DNA of 62,884 nt, counting the filler, from Rhabdomonas costata (taxonomy: Eukaryota): assembly GCA_019059605.1 (NCBI GenBank). It is 25 parts of 25 records of this genome, joined end to end, with 100 filler letters (N's around TTAATTAATTAA, not from the genome) between each part and the next. Parts side by side here need not be neighbours in the genome. Positions count along the whole stretch, not along the records: positions 25,159 to 27,669 come from JAHMHO010003520.1; positions 27,770 to 30,185 come from JAHMHO010003521.1; positions 30,286 to 32,705 come from JAHMHO010003522.1; positions 32,806 to 35,221 come from JAHMHO010003523.1; positions 35,322 to 37,752 come from JAHMHO010003524.1; positions 37,853 to 40,264 come from JAHMHO010003525.1; 19 more parts are not named here. One strand, 5' to 3'. Both the position numbers and the translations under genes were made by a program. Shown here one piece after another: positions 25,378 to 38,487 of this stretch. The notes beneath the pieces were generated by a model that saw only the letters and a program-made list of their open reading frames with translations, was not told the DNA's origin and made no database searches. Positions within the stretch are counted from its first letter, which is position 1, and each line of letters begins with the position of its first letter.

Positions 25378-27177
25378 CTAGAATTTCGCTTAGGGTTGCG
25401 AAGAGCTGCGGCCGGGAGGCCTCCACGCGCAGTCCCGACATGAACGCTGCCAGGACCTTGAGCTGCACATCAGCTCCCTGCGGCGGCGGCGAGGGCTGGC
25501 CCTGGGCGCCCTCTCTCGCCCAGTACACTGCGGAAAAAGCAGTTTGTCAGGAAGGATGTGACCTATATCCCTACCCAACACGGCGGTGGTGGATTCCATT
25601 GTGGAAGAGGGAAGGGAGCGACAATAAGTATGGTGTCCGACGAGGACTTCCAGAGCCTGTCTTTCTGTGCAGGTGTAAACATAGAATAAAGCCCCCACCC
25701 AACCGACAATCGACCCACCGACCCACTCGCGCACTCTTCGTCACCCACCGACGCACTCGCGCACTCTTCTATGAGTACACATTGCCATTTACGGTTCTGA
25801 GCGACAGACAGATAAAGAGAAGGAGAACCCAGCCATCAAAGTGTAGTGTCGATAAGGGAAAAGATTGACAGTCACCGCGAGAGAGGGGTTAAAAACCTCG
25901 GAAAAGATCCACTGCGAGGCCCAGGAACGCAACGCGCAACTCGGCTCTCTTCGGGGAGGTTTTGTCCAGCGCCGTGAGCTGCTCCAGCAGAGCCAGCGCG
26001 TGCTCGGTCCCACCGCCTGTGCCAACGGGCGGCGCCATGGCGGGCTGCTTGGTACCCTCCGAGTCCACGCAGGATGGCCGCAGGCAACCTGCGACGAGAC
26101 TGAACACCTGAGAAGGTGCGGGTGGGCATAACAAGAACTCTTTCGGATTTGTAGAACATGGAAGTGAAGAAAGGAAGGAAAAGAAATGTAGAAGCAGTAA
26201 TACACCCGAAAATGTGAATGTCAAGACGAGATGTCATAGCACACAGCGAGCGCTTTCATGGTCCTGCTGTGCAGTGTCCTGCTCTGAGCCACTGGTATTC
26301 TCTTTATGTGGCCCGAGGCAAATTTTCCTGCGGGGTTTCGCTTTGTCCCTAACCCGAGGCCCCGATAAAGGGCCGGAGTTGGAGTTGGAAGCTGATAATT
26401 GGATATTGTTGTCTGGTTCGCCTTGGGGATTGGCCAAATCACCAACTCCCACACTGTTGTGCAGTTTCTTGGTCCACGTGTCGTTCCAACTCAAAGCAGG
26501 ATCGCAATACTCACACTGAGATGGGGAGGACGGGAGGGGTGCGTGTGTGTATTGTTGAAGAATGTGAAGATGTAAAACATCTTCACATTCTTGGTCACAC
26601 AGTCTGATGTTTAACTTGCGATCCAAGCAAAAGGAAAAGAAAGAAAGACAGCGAATAGTACAGGGAGGGATTCGAGGAGGGATGCAAACAAGAAGGCACC
26701 GGGATGCAAACAAGAAGGCACCAACACCGAGTCCAATGCAACTTTCACATCATTTCGATTCCCAGATACACCCAAACCAGCGATTACACACCTCAAGCTT
26801 ACACACACGGCGGGGGCAAAACCATGCAGCAGCAGTAGAATCCTGTCATGCAAAAGCGTGAGAAAATGGAAATGTGTTTCAAGGTGGGCGGCCGCTTGAT
26901 AACCCCATTATCCGTCTGGGTCTGTACAGCATCATTCAGAAAATGCTGAAGTAGAGGCCTTCGGTCTGCTTGAGGCTGTCAAGGCTGGTACCGTCCTTTC
27001 GAAAAGCAGGCGTCATCACGCGCCCCAGCAGACCTTCAGCAGAACCGTCTCGTCGGTGCACTCCTTGAGCAGCTGCTGTAGCCTGCGGAAGTGCAGCCTC
27101 AGTACCTCCGCCGGAGAGGCCCGCAGGCTGACAATGTTCAGCACCGCCAGCAGACACTCCCGAAGCGCAGTGTAGGC
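25378..27177 (-). CDS. TRRAP: TRRAP/Tra1-like HEAT-repeat scaffold, partial
   Basis: In-phase exons 27177-27034 (LQQLLKECTDETVLLK), 26107-25897 (ELRVAFLGLAVDLFR) and 25527-25378 (VQLKVLAAFMSGLRVE..LF) resemble consecutive Tra1 blocks (LIEKSPD.KIL / EL...FL.LV..VYR / KLE.AFLSGLR). Confidence 0.58.
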
Positions 27178-27591
27178 CTTCGCAGGCAAACACATACACC
27201 CACCCACACACACACTCTCTCAGTCGCTCGCTCGCTCGCTGTGTTGACGTGAATAAGCCGCTATAAGTTTCGGCGCCACCCCAACTGAACCTTTTCTTAC
27301 CTCTCCGGTAACAGAGCCCGAAACGACGACCTCTTTCACTCTCGTTGATGGGCAAGGAATGAAGTTGCAGCGCGCGTGAATGCGAGGAAAATCTTTTCTG
27401 TTTCCATCTTTTCACGCCTGGTTCCATCCATCCTCATTTTCTTCTGTCCCAAGTTAAAAAAGCCGCGCACACATATGAACTGAAATTACACACACAATTG
27501 ACCTCTTCTTTCAGCCCTCTCTGTCCCCCATATAAATCCAAAACACGTGAATTCAGATCCACACACACATAAGCACACAGCACAGGTTGTC

Positions 27592-27660
27592 TGCATCCAC
27601 AACCCTTGGAGTACTTTTTGAGAGGTTGTAAAAAAAAATACTCCAAGGGTTGTGGATGCA
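27592..27660. repeat. 22-bp perfect inverted repeat at contig end
   Basis: tgcatccacaacccttggagta ... tactccaagggttgtggatgca. Confidence 0.93.
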
Positions 27661-28976
27661 CACAACCACNNNNNNNNNNNNNNNNNNNNNNNNNNNNNNN
27701 NNNNNNNNNNNNNTTAATTAATTAANNNNNNNNNNNNNNNNNNNNNNNNNNNNNNNNNNNNNNNNNNNNGCACTGCCAGCAGTCAGGAAAGAAGTACGCA
27801 ACAAAAAAGGAAGAGAATTACAGAGCTGCCCAGAAAAGTGACAACAACAACAAACCCCAGGGAGGCTAAGCAGGACAGGGAGGGGGGACTGGCCTCCGCT
27901 TCGCCCAAAGCGATTCTTTCCGAAATTTCGCTAGCTTCACAAAAAACAATCAAAATAATTCAATTTTTTCAGTTATCATCCATTTAAGAGAATGGAACTT
28001 CCTGTTTTTGTCCGTTTGCAATGGTTCCAGCAAGACTGCGGAAAGGAACAATCAGCCTTTTGAGCACAACAGGATGGGGGAGGATGACATAATGCCTTTC
28101 GTTATTTTTGCAACCTCGCCTTGTATTTGACAGGCGGCAATCCTGACCATAAAGGGATCCGGAAACCGCGGTGCAAAACGTACTTCGGATTTCACTATGC
28201 TTTCTTCGTCCGGAAGCAGAAGCAAAAAAACACCTGGATACAAAAGGCAGGCTTGCTGTTCACACAAAATAATCAGAGGTGAAGAGAGCGAGACTGACAG
28301 GCCGGCTGACAAATTGGTTGATTAAGTGAGTGAGTGACCGAGAGTGCCACATAAAGATGAGAAGAGAACGAGGTCACCACAGACAGCCAACAATCTGAAG
28401 CACCACAGCTGTCGAAGAAGTCAGGGTCAGAGGTCATGTACATGTAAGAATTGGCAAGCACACAACCGTTTCACCGTTGAAAAAAGAGTGGGGAACACGG
28501 CAACTGCACAGAAAAACACATTAAAAAAAGGTTTGCGAAGGCGTTGAGGGGGGGGGGTACAGATCACGATGCAGCGCAAAAATCAACTGCGCTGAGAAGA
28601 CAAAGCACTTGTTGAAAATGGGGGGTGCGGGTCAGAATAGAGTGACCTTGAAAACATTCCTAAGTGCTACCAAAAAAACTGGATCTGGATGTAAAAAGGA
28701 AAAGCGGGACTTGCCTGAGTATATAGGGATGAGAGCAAAAGGTACGTGGCTTCAGAGGTCGAGGGTGGCAACGTAAGGGGAGAGCCAGCATTTGCTTTTA
28801 TCACTTGTCAACTAAGTCTTTTCGGTTGGGATGGGCATGGGGAGAAAAGATAGAGAAAAAGAAACAGGAAAAAAGAACGGGTGGAGGCAATGAAGGGGAA
28901 TAGACGAGAGAGTGTATGTGCGTGTGTGAGTGAGAGGGCATTAGGGATGAGCCCAGCCGTAGATCCACAAAAACAC

Positions 28977-29541
28977 CGGAGGTTGATCCCGTTTAGCTTT
29001 CTCGCACATCCCCAGCAGTTCGCCGGCAATGGAATCATTGGGAACCTTCTTGGTGTACTCCTAAAATGTAGAAGAGTCGAGAACCACGCAAAGAAAGCCA
29101 TGCCTTCTCGCCATCAAGCACATTGTCCTATGCGATCGTAGATGAACAAGAGGCACGTGCAGATCCCAACGCCTGCAAAACGGGATATTACAGTCTTCCT
29201 CTGACAGGGAAAGCTAGACACTTGTCCTCCTGCAATGCCTATCCCAAAGCAAAAGACGGACCGCGCAGACGGTCCCCTTTCCTTCTTCATATCGAAGAGG
29301 ATTTCGGCTGACTTCCCCATTGTCTTTTGCGCACAGAAGAAAACCCACAAACCCATGAAGCGGGAAGAGGGTCACCTACCATAGTGGTGGTGAGGGTGAG
29401 TAAATACAATGTAATTGCGCAAAAGCGAAGATAGTCACCCGTAGGCCCGCGTAGCCTTTCTCGAAGGAGCCATAGAAGAGGCCCAGCACTGCTTCGTGGT
29501 AGGCCTCGAAGGGGTCACCTGTCTCTTGCAGGACATACATC
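28977..29541 (-). CDS. Exons of a protein with a TPR-like segment resembling the C-terminal tail of class III adenylate cyclases
   Basis: Exons 29541-29439 and 29060-28977 join in frame: DPFEAYHEAVLGLFYGSFEKGYAGLREYTKKVPNDSIAGELLGMCEKAKRDQPP (Y..A...F..A...P.D....L..C....PP pattern). Confidence 0.45.
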
Positions 29542-31887
29542 CTGAGAACCCATACGTGCACGAGGGAGAATTAGGGAAGTACTCCGCGAATGGGGAACGG
29601 ACAAAAAGTCCAACTCACATCAATTGGTATTCAAGTGCACGTGCACGGGTCATGGGTCTGACTTTGTACAAAGTTCGAACCATCGTTCTTGGAATCGAAA
29701 TCGAAATTCATCATAAACTGCAGGCGCAATGAACAGGGGTCCAACACAAGGATGCCGGTAGTTTGCTGACATAGCAAGCAAACAACTAAATGGCAAAAAA
29801 AAATAGACTACACTACAGTGGTGAACCCCCTTGCAAAAACCCGCTTACATAACAGCTTGTGCAGGTCGCGAATATCCAAAGGGTCCGCTCCCCACTGCAC
29901 TCCAATCGCAGTATGTGAGTCTTCCAAGTGGGTATGCTGGGTATGCTGGGAGTGAGCGTGCCTTTTTGAAGCGCGCTTCCAGCATAAAGCAAGGCAAGAA
30001 AAACACAGTTGCCCCTGTGCAAACCATTCGCCATCGCTGTTTCCCTCCGTAGCCTTGAGAAGCTGTAGGGCAAACATCCGGCGAACCTTGAGCAAACGAA
30101 AGAGCACGAAACAGCCACAGAGGAGGAAAGCGTGAGGGCAGTCAGACACACGTTTCGTGAGGTTTACCACACACACCCACACACANNNNNNNNNNNNNNN
30201 NNNNNNNNNNNNNNNNNNNNNNNNNNNNNTTAATTAATTAANNNNNNNNNNNNNNNNNNNNNNNNNNNNNNNNNNNNNNNNNNNNCCCTGGGTGAGAACG
30301 ACCTCAGCGGGCCGGGTTTGGGGGGTTTCCCCGTGTGCACTGGGAGGCGACCGACGGGGGCCGCCGTCACACACATGGCGCCTTGATGCGGTTTGCTGTG
30401 GCGCGTCCTTGTGCTGCTTGTTATGCACTCCTGTTGGTTTTTTGGCGCGTTCACGCTGCTGCTGTTTGTGCTGGACGAAACGACGGCTTTGGGAGGAGTG
30501 TGCGACACACACACAAACGAACAAACAGACAAAAAAAATTCAAAACACCCAGAAACACCCAACTTGGCGAATACGGGCGGGCCATTGCATCGGTACAGCA
30601 TGCCCAAAAGGTTGAATGAAAGAACGGGCACACCGTCTGAAAAGACCGCGGTGGCAATATCCGGGGACGGTTTTGCGAAGAGGTCTGGAATATTTGCCCC
30701 TTTTGAATTTGCGGGCAAACGAAGGGAGCGAGACTGGATTGCTAGAGGTGGGGGCCGGAAAAAAGCATGTGCGAAATGCATTTTTGGGTATGGCGGGCTT
30801 TTTATTTAGCACAAAAAACGCGGCGAAACAAGGCAAGATAATAAAAACGTGCGGTTCCAAACGAAAGCGATTGAAGGAAGAAAAGCACAAAAATAAAAAC
30901 GGAGGAGTTGCCGGAAGGAAATAGAAAGTAGGACGGGCCACCAAGGCATCGGGAACAACCGACCCCACAACCGGTAGTGACGCAAGCGCCCGAATCGGAA
31001 GCCCGAAAAAACCACCAAGGGTGGCGGCGAGGACAAGCCTAATCAAACCTGCCTCCACGTGTGTGGTAGTTTGGTAGCGCAGACTGGAATGCGTGGTTTG
31101 GAATATGCGTTTGTGCGTCGCCATGTGTGATATCTCTGATATCCCCCAGTTCGGCGTCTTAACTTGCGGGAGCACGTTCCGCAGATGTCGGTCGCTCGAC
31201 TTTGGTTAATACCCATAAACCAGTTTTTCCAGTTCCACCTAGGGAGAAATCCCCGAGGTTTGTTTCAGCTGGGTCCGAAGTAATAAAAAGGCTTCGACTT
31301 TCAATTGGCCTACAAACATGCAGCGGCGTTGAGGAGTTGCCATTCATAGCGCAGACTATTCGTGACACACCTACCTAATCGCATTCCAAATCGTTCAGCA
31401 GAAAAAAAAAGGAAAACTCTTCATTTGAGCGGGTCCCGACATCAAAGAACAATGCCAGTGCACAACCACCACCTCCCCAAAAAAACGATCGCATCGTCAC
31501 CATTAATGATACAAAGAGAAGAGAAGAAAGACACTCCACGTGTGGGGGAGGAGGAGGACCGCACCCCGAAAAGGAAGGGAGGGCACGCGTGTGGCATGGA
31601 ATGGCCCCGGACAAAAGGAGTTACCTCTCCCCACACCCTGGATCTGCGCAGTATTTAACAGGTCTGGCACGGAAATCCGAGCTTCGAAGTGCTCTATTTA
31701 CAGCTCTACAGTGAATGGACAATCTTCCCCACACATCCCCACGGCGCTCACTGGTTTGCAAAGTTTGGCGGTGCGCGTCAAGTTCGGAACGCCACGCAGT
31801 CCCGGTGATGCACACTACCACCACCACCTCACTGGCGGGCGTGCCTGCTTTAGGTTATGTGTGTGTTGGCGGTTTGGGTCTAATCCC

Positions 31888-32178
31888 TTAGTGGCCGGTC
31901 TCCAACCGGCGAGGTAGCCCCTCCACTCTGCGCACGATTTCCGTGGTACTGCCGCGCATGTTCTGCAGGACTTGCCGGTGGTAGTCATCGGTGACCGGGC
32001 TGTAAGTGCCCTGAGGCGGCGTGGGCTGCGAGGAGACCAGGTGAGTTCCAGCACCCTGCCCTGAGGGCAGGGTGCTGCTGGCCCCCGTGACGGTGCTGGG
32101 GGCCCCTCCCCCACCATTGAGGAGGTGGTGCATCGCAATGGAGACCATCTCCGACTCCCCCACCGAGGGCGAGGCATC
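31888..32178 (-). CDS. Terminal exon of hypothetical low-complexity protein
   Basis: ctgcag acceptor, then a high-GC ORF DASPSVGESEMVSIAMHHLLN...RRLETGH ending at a stop. Confidence 0.5.
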   Translation of the reverse strand, partial: DASPSVGESEMVSIAMHHLLNGGGGAPSTVTGASSTLPSGQGAGTHLVSSQPTPPQGTYSPVTDDYHRQVLQNMRGSTTEIVRRVEGLPRRLETGH

Positions 32179-32805
32179 CTGCAGTGGGGTGGCGCACATG
32201 CGCAGCCGAACCACACGCACTCACTTCTACACCGATCCGCGCTTTTTGAGTGGCTGCGCTTCAAACGACAAAGCAAGAAGTTTCGCGACCGAGTTCTGTT
32301 GCGGGCAGTGTTGGCAGCGGAAAAAAAGAGCGGACAGTATGTGTTAACATAACGATAAGATTTGCGGTTCAGAAGACTACCAACATGTCAAGCACGTAGG
32401 CAAACTGAGCGCACGGGGTATCCCCGTGCTGCGCTCTTAGCAAAGGGCGGGGCTTTCAGACGCTCTCCTCTTCCTGAAGGCTTCTCGTGAAGCGAATCAT
32501 CCCTCCACAGTCGGACGCCATACACAATGCGTACCTAAACCCATAAACGCTGTTGCAGAGATTCTGACTACAACAGATACAAACAGACACACACACACAC
32601 ACACACACACACACCCCGGGTCCTGAGCCACTGGCCCTCCCGGCGAGCTGCAGACTGGCTAGGGTCGATGCTGGCTGCGGCTTCGCCACGCAGGTGAGGC
32701 TGTGCNNNNNNNNNNNNNNNNNNNNNNNNNNNNNNNNNNNNNNNNNNNNTTAATTAATTAANNNNNNNNNNNNNNNNNNNNNNNNNNNNNNNNNNNNNNN
32801 NNNNN

Positions 32806-35013
32806 TTTTGGAGGTTGGGCACAAGCTGTTGCTGGGGTGATGCAGGGTGCAAATGAAGACGTCGCCGTCGACGGTGACCTGCATCACCCCAGCAACAGCT
32901 TGTGCCCAACCTCCAAAAGCGTCCTGATGGGAAGAAACACGAAAATCACAGGCAGCAGAAGCACGGGAAGCCGGGGAACCTGGAAAAAGTTTTCCCTGTG
33001 GAGGCACAGAGTCTGACCTCACTGACCTCAGAACTCGCGCCAACGAAGATGCACGACGAAAGTTGCTCGTTGACCGATGAGAACCAGAACGCGCTGTTCA
33101 AAAGCAAGAGCAAAGCGTCCTGGACTCCGGAGCTGCTCTTCCATTGCCAAAAGCCAGACCCTCCGTTGCAGTCCAAGAGGAGAAAGTTGATATTCGGGTA
33201 CCTTGACCGCGGCGTATACGCTGTTCACGGTGGAGTCATGGAGGTCCGAAGCATCCACCTGAGAGAAGTGAATGGCATAACCAGTGCTGCTGCGGAGGGT
33301 GCGGGAATTTGGAAATGTTGCTGGAGGGTGGAGAGATAGGGAAAGCCGTATGTGGGATGAGACAGAATTTTACGCTTTTACGTGCCAATTTCTTAAAATT
33401 AGTTTCATGGAATTTTTTGGGCGGTTGATCAGCAATGCCCATTGCAAATGTCATATTTGGCATCCCGACTACCTCAACTAATACCGTTGTTGGAAGCCCG
33501 AAGTGCGGGTACGGAAGCAACAATATGGCACAAAAAGCCACGTAGCATGTAGAATGGCAAGAAAAGGACCTAATAGTGGAGAAAAGGAAAGGAAAAGATA
33601 GGCAATAATTGCACAGGCTTCAAGAAGCTATTGATAGGGTAGTTGACGCCGCACTGGGACTCACTTCTGACCACTCTGAGCACTTTAGCCCATTGGTGTC
33701 ATACTCACGAAATGTAGGTAGATGAACCCCCAAGACCATGTTTTTGCCCCAAGGCAGACACCAGACACTCGCACCAACATCAACCATTCATAAGATGGTG
33801 CTTCAAGGTCCCCGCAACAAAAACGCAAAATTTTTGCAAATATGATGCAGCGTATCTGGACCTGCAGTGGGTGAAACGAAATGTGCCGTTATCGGACAAA
33901 AAATGGTGGGGCACAAGATCTACCAGCGAAGCAGTGCCTCCAATGCAAGCGATTCCAGTGCCCCCGACACAGCGGACGATGGGGAGGGCAGGGTAGGCTG
34001 CGACGACGGCAGTGGAGTAGGCATCCACCACCAGCACCCGGGAGCCCTCGCCCAGAGCCAAGGTCTGCAGCATATCGTTCAGGAAGTCCAGCCCAAAGTC
34101 CACGGCGACAACCCCAGCAAAGGCGCGGGCGGGTCCAAAGACCACTGAACGGAAGGGTCGAAAGGGTTTAATGAAAAAATCGTAATCCGATCCATGAATA
34201 ATCTGTTCCGTTGTTAATACCGCAAGCCAGCTGTTAAAATACACACCACCCGCGGGGGTGGCGTTTATTGCCCCAAACAAACCATGACAAAAGGCACACG
34301 TTTTCCCCCTGAGACAGTTGGGCACACCAGACGAGAAGGTCAGCCAAAGCCGCCCTTGAGCGACGTATGGGCTTGTCCAGGTGCTAGCGCTGGGGTTGCT
34401 GTGGTTGAGGGCGGAATAGTACCCTCGGGTGGTGAAGTTCACGGTTGCGCCGTCCAGCGCGCTCACGGGGGTGCCCGTGGTGTCCGCGACCCACTCCATG
34501 AAGCTGTCCGTTGTCTATGGGATGGGTGGGAGAGGATGAGTGACTGGCCGTGGGTGGGGAAATGGGCATGGGTTCAAATTTGGAGCATTGGTCGCAAAAA
34601 GGTCCGTGGTTTTAAATGCAAGCTCAAAAGTAAAGGAACCACAAGGGAAGCTAAATATTTTACGCTGAGTTCGGAAGATGACTTGGAACCTTGGTGCGGT
34701 TGAAGCCGAATTTTCAGCACATTACATTACGTTACAAAACTATTTAGGCGCTTCGGTGCATAAAATTGAGTTTGTTGGGAAATCCACAATCCAATTCCAC
34801 ACCTCATTAGAAATGATCACAGTGAAGTAAGAGTTGTCCACGGTGCGGGTGCAGCCGAAAAGGGCCCCCCCGGGAGTCACAAAGTAAAGGACACTGACGA
34901 GCTGCGTCGTGGTCAGCAGTCGGAAGAACGGGTTGAGGAAGGTCCGGAAATTGCTGGCCACGTAAGTGCCCGCGCTGAACTCGGCCTTCGCGATGTTGGC
35001 CACCATTTCTCCA
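32806..35013 (-). CDS. Extracellular dCache-like sensor region of a receptor (receptor adenylate cyclase type), partial
   Basis: Exons 35013-34803, ~34503-34328 (NFTTRGYY...WTSPYV) and 34144-~33915 (FAGVVAVDFGLDFLNDMLQTLALGEGSRVLVVD) carry typical dCache_1 motifs. Confidence 0.75.
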
Positions 35014-35487
35014 CTGCAAAATAATTTGGGAGGGAAGCTGTTTCTTGGCTCTCTTAGCTCGCCCGCTCATCCACCGGCACAAACAGATGATGCTACCCTT
35101 TTGCAGAAAATAAATAGATTCAAGCTGCTACAGAGCCCAATAGCGGTATGGAGCCAAACTCCGGACAAGGGCGACGTAAAGGTATAGAAGATGAGCTGCT
35201 CATGGGTCCCACACACAAACANNNNNNNNNNNNNNNNNNNNNNNNNNNNNNNNNNNNNNNNNNNNTTAATTAATTAANNNNNNNNNNNNNNNNNNNNNNN
35301 NNNNNNNNNNNNNNNNNNNNNGTGGTGGGTGTGGGTGGGGGTTTTGTTGGGACAAGCAGCGCATAAATCAAGCAAAGCTCAATTTGTGTGAAACCAGCAA
35401 GACAAGTGGTGCTTCAAAAAATGTATTTAGGAAATCGTAAAAACCAGGAAACGGACAAAAACGATGGAAAGGGCAGCAATACAATAC

Positions 35488-37189
35488 CTGACCAACGTCA
35501 TAATCGCGTCCATGTTGCTGGTGCACAGCATGCAGGGGCTCCCCGAATAGCCCAGGGCACACTGAGGTGAACCAAACGAGACAGTGAACGATTACGCATG
35601 TGCGAGTGGGACGGTGTTTTTGGGACAGCGAATGCACAAACGTACAAATAAATTTCCTTTTGAATGAATTTTCTTATGTTTTTCCGGCCTTTACGCCAGC
35701 TTCTAGGCGCTGCCGTAAAAGCAAATCGAAAGAGGAATGCACGCAGGTCCAGGAGAAGCTGAGGAGCGAGCCAGACGCACCTGAGCACAAATCGGACCCT
35801 GGTAGCCCACCTGAGAATGGGGCAGCAGACAGGCGTAGGGGAAGCACTCTGCCAAACCCCCTCCGGAGCCCAATTCCCTTCCAACCGGACTCAAGCCCCA
35901 AAGGAAGGGACGGGATAGATCATAGGGATACAGTCCAAACATCTTTCCCATCAAGGGAACCAATTGCTTCCTTCATTCCCAAAACTAGCTACCAACCAAG
36001 AAAGTTCCAACAAATATGACAGCAGAAACCGAAGACCACACATCTAATTGCCAGGAATAGCGGTGTTGTGGTACAGAAACTCTAAATGCTCCCAACATCC
36101 GCAGTTGCAGTGGCTTCGTTTGCTGACAACCCGCCGCCCTTCTTCACTCTTCTATCCTGCCAGAGCAAGAAGATATAGGGGAAGTTTTGCTTGCTTTTTT
36201 ATGGGGTGGGAGTGTTAAACCTTAAAGGAGACCTACTTACAGCATCTCAACTACTTGCATCAACCAAGACTCGGGATTCGGGGCAAGGGTTTTGTCGTCC
36301 TGGGAAATGACAGGCACAGCCTGTCTCATAGCCTCCCATTGTGATCATGCCTGGGATGAAAAGATGCGTGAGAAATTCACCCTTCACTCGTCAATTAGCA
36401 GTGCAACAAACTAAGAGAGGACGGAGCAGTGCGTATAACTAACGTTTTTCACCTTCTCCTCCAGACCAGAAAGTGAGAAAGAGGAGGAAAATCCGGGTGC
36501 AGGTGGTAAGGGGTGCGGATTCAAGCCTTGCAGGTGCCGGTGAGGCTGGGCCCCAGGCAAGCCCCACTGGTAGTGCACTGGTAGATGTAGTGGCAGCTCT
36601 CGCTGGCCCGCCAGTACCCGTCCTGCACCAGCACGGTGACGTTGCCAAAGCACACGGCGTGACTGGGGCACGCCTGGCACTGAGTGGTGCCTTCAACGGC
36701 GTACTCCCCTGACACCACCGCCCCCCCCCCTCAAGTAGAAGAAGCATCGGACCCTTTACATTTGTAAAGAAAAGAAAAAAGCCCAAACGTCCACTTCCCG
36801 CCGAAAACCGTGAGCCTTACTCCCAGTGTTGCTGTGCAATTGTGCGTGATTTTCCAAAATAAAATCGGTCGGCTCTTAACCTTTTTGCAATGGCAAAAAA
36901 GCCATGTGTGCGTGCTGGCAACATGGCAGATGTGGATTTCTTGGATCAGATATCTTCTCCAAACAACCAGACACAGACATACAAATGCAGGCTTCGAAGA
37001 CGAATATGTGTGGGTTTGGGTGCAAAGCCGAAGCGGGTCTGGAGGGGGGCGTATGCACCCGCTGAGTTTGTTGTGGGCGCCAGACAGGAGCTGACTGTGA
37101 TGGGCCCAAACGTAATATTCTTCAGCATCCCGTAGCTATCGGCGAAGGTGAGCATGTAGGTCGTGCCTTGCAGGCCCACCAGAACAAGC
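35488..37189 (-). CDS. Cys-rich surface/membrane protein, partial
   Basis: Exons 37189-37059, 36708-36527 (CQACPSHAVCFGNVTVLVQDGYWR..IYQC...AC) and 35561-~35488 (CALGYSGSPCMLC); this pattern is common in protist Cys-rich transmembrane proteins. Confidence 0.7.
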
Positions 37190-37518
37190 CTGCGATGAAC
37201 CCACGCACCAAAGCAGTGTTCGCGTTGGTGTGCATCTGAGCACATGAGTGCCAGCAAAGTCAGCAATAACAAATAGCGGCCTGTTAAAACATTGGCCTTC
37301 ATCCCTTCCTGCCCGGGCTCACATTGCCCAACGTTGCATGAACCCTGCTCCAAGAAAACCTCAACGAAAAATCACGACGCAGGAAATGAGCAGCCGACCC
37401 CATCCGCAATAAACCTCTCAAGCGAAGGCTTTGGTCGCGGCAAAAGGCCAACGGCCAAAGGAATGGGTCGGCGGTGCGGTGAAATTAGTTCATCAAAGGT
37501 TGTTCCCCGAATGAACTT

Positions 37519-37601
37519 ACAAACAAACAAACAAACAAACAAACAAACAAACAAACAAACAAACAAACAAACAAACAAACAAACAAACAAACAAACAAAC
37601 A
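37519..37601. repeat. (ACAA)n tetranucleotide microsatellite
   Basis: About 20 perfect units. Confidence 0.98.
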
Positions 37602-38487
37602 GTGTTCCAGAATCCAACACCTCATCGACTTCACGACCCCAACCTACTATACTCCACAGAAAGTGGGCTCAAACCTGGAAGGAAATCCACGGACAGCAAC
37701 CCATTCAGCGTCAAAGTGTGTGTAAGATCGCCAGAGACCGAGACCAAAAACCNNNNNNNNNNNNNNNNNNNNNNNNNNNNNNNNNNNNNNNNNNNNTTAA
37801 TTAATTAANNNNNNNNNNNNNNNNNNNNNNNNNNNNNNNNNNNNNNNNNNNNTGTTGGGTGGGTGGAAAATCTCACTCTGATTTGCAGGATCTCCTTTGC
37901 CTGCGAGATGCATTCGCTTTAGCTTTGCTAATTTGTTATCGACCCTCACTGAAAAACAAGCAAAGGAAGAAGCATCCTCAGAACCCTCGGCTCTACCCCA
38001 GTCCTGAAATGGCCACGCAAGTTAAGTTAAACGCGGCCGCGAGCTCAATGCAGCGAAAAAGGCTCCAGGAGGCCGCTCTTTCCATGCACTCTAAAAACAC
38101 CGGCGCAGCAAGCTAAGCAAAACGTTTGACATACTTCCGCAGCTCAATGAGGTTCTTCACAGTCGACCCGAAGCTTTCCTGAACGCGAAGAAATCCAGGT
38201 CGATTCAACTTCATTGTATATTTGGCAATGCAAAGGAAATGCGGCACTTTGCCCGCAGGTCATTGAACAGTGCAGTAAGCCGGTGAAAATCATAAGAGTA
38301 GAGGCACGACATGAATTACAATTTCCTCCAATCGGAACTCCTTTTAAAAAAATCCAATCAAAAGCTGTCCATCCACCAGCATCCTCCACGGCGGGGACAT
38401 GGCGGTGAAATAAACGTACAGGAACCACAATAATTTCGGGAAAAAACAAATTTCAGGAAGAAATCCACAGAAAAGACGATCCTCCAC

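Noticed and set aside
26679-26722. 22-bp tandem duplication, plus similar small duplications near 25724 and 61108
   Set aside because: Ordinary slippage duplications in introns.
30540-31175. 211-aa minus-strand ORF and many other 60-200 aa ORFs in the track
   Set aside because: No recognisable motifs or exon-like codon bias; these are shadow or antisense frames typical of GC-rich intronic DNA.
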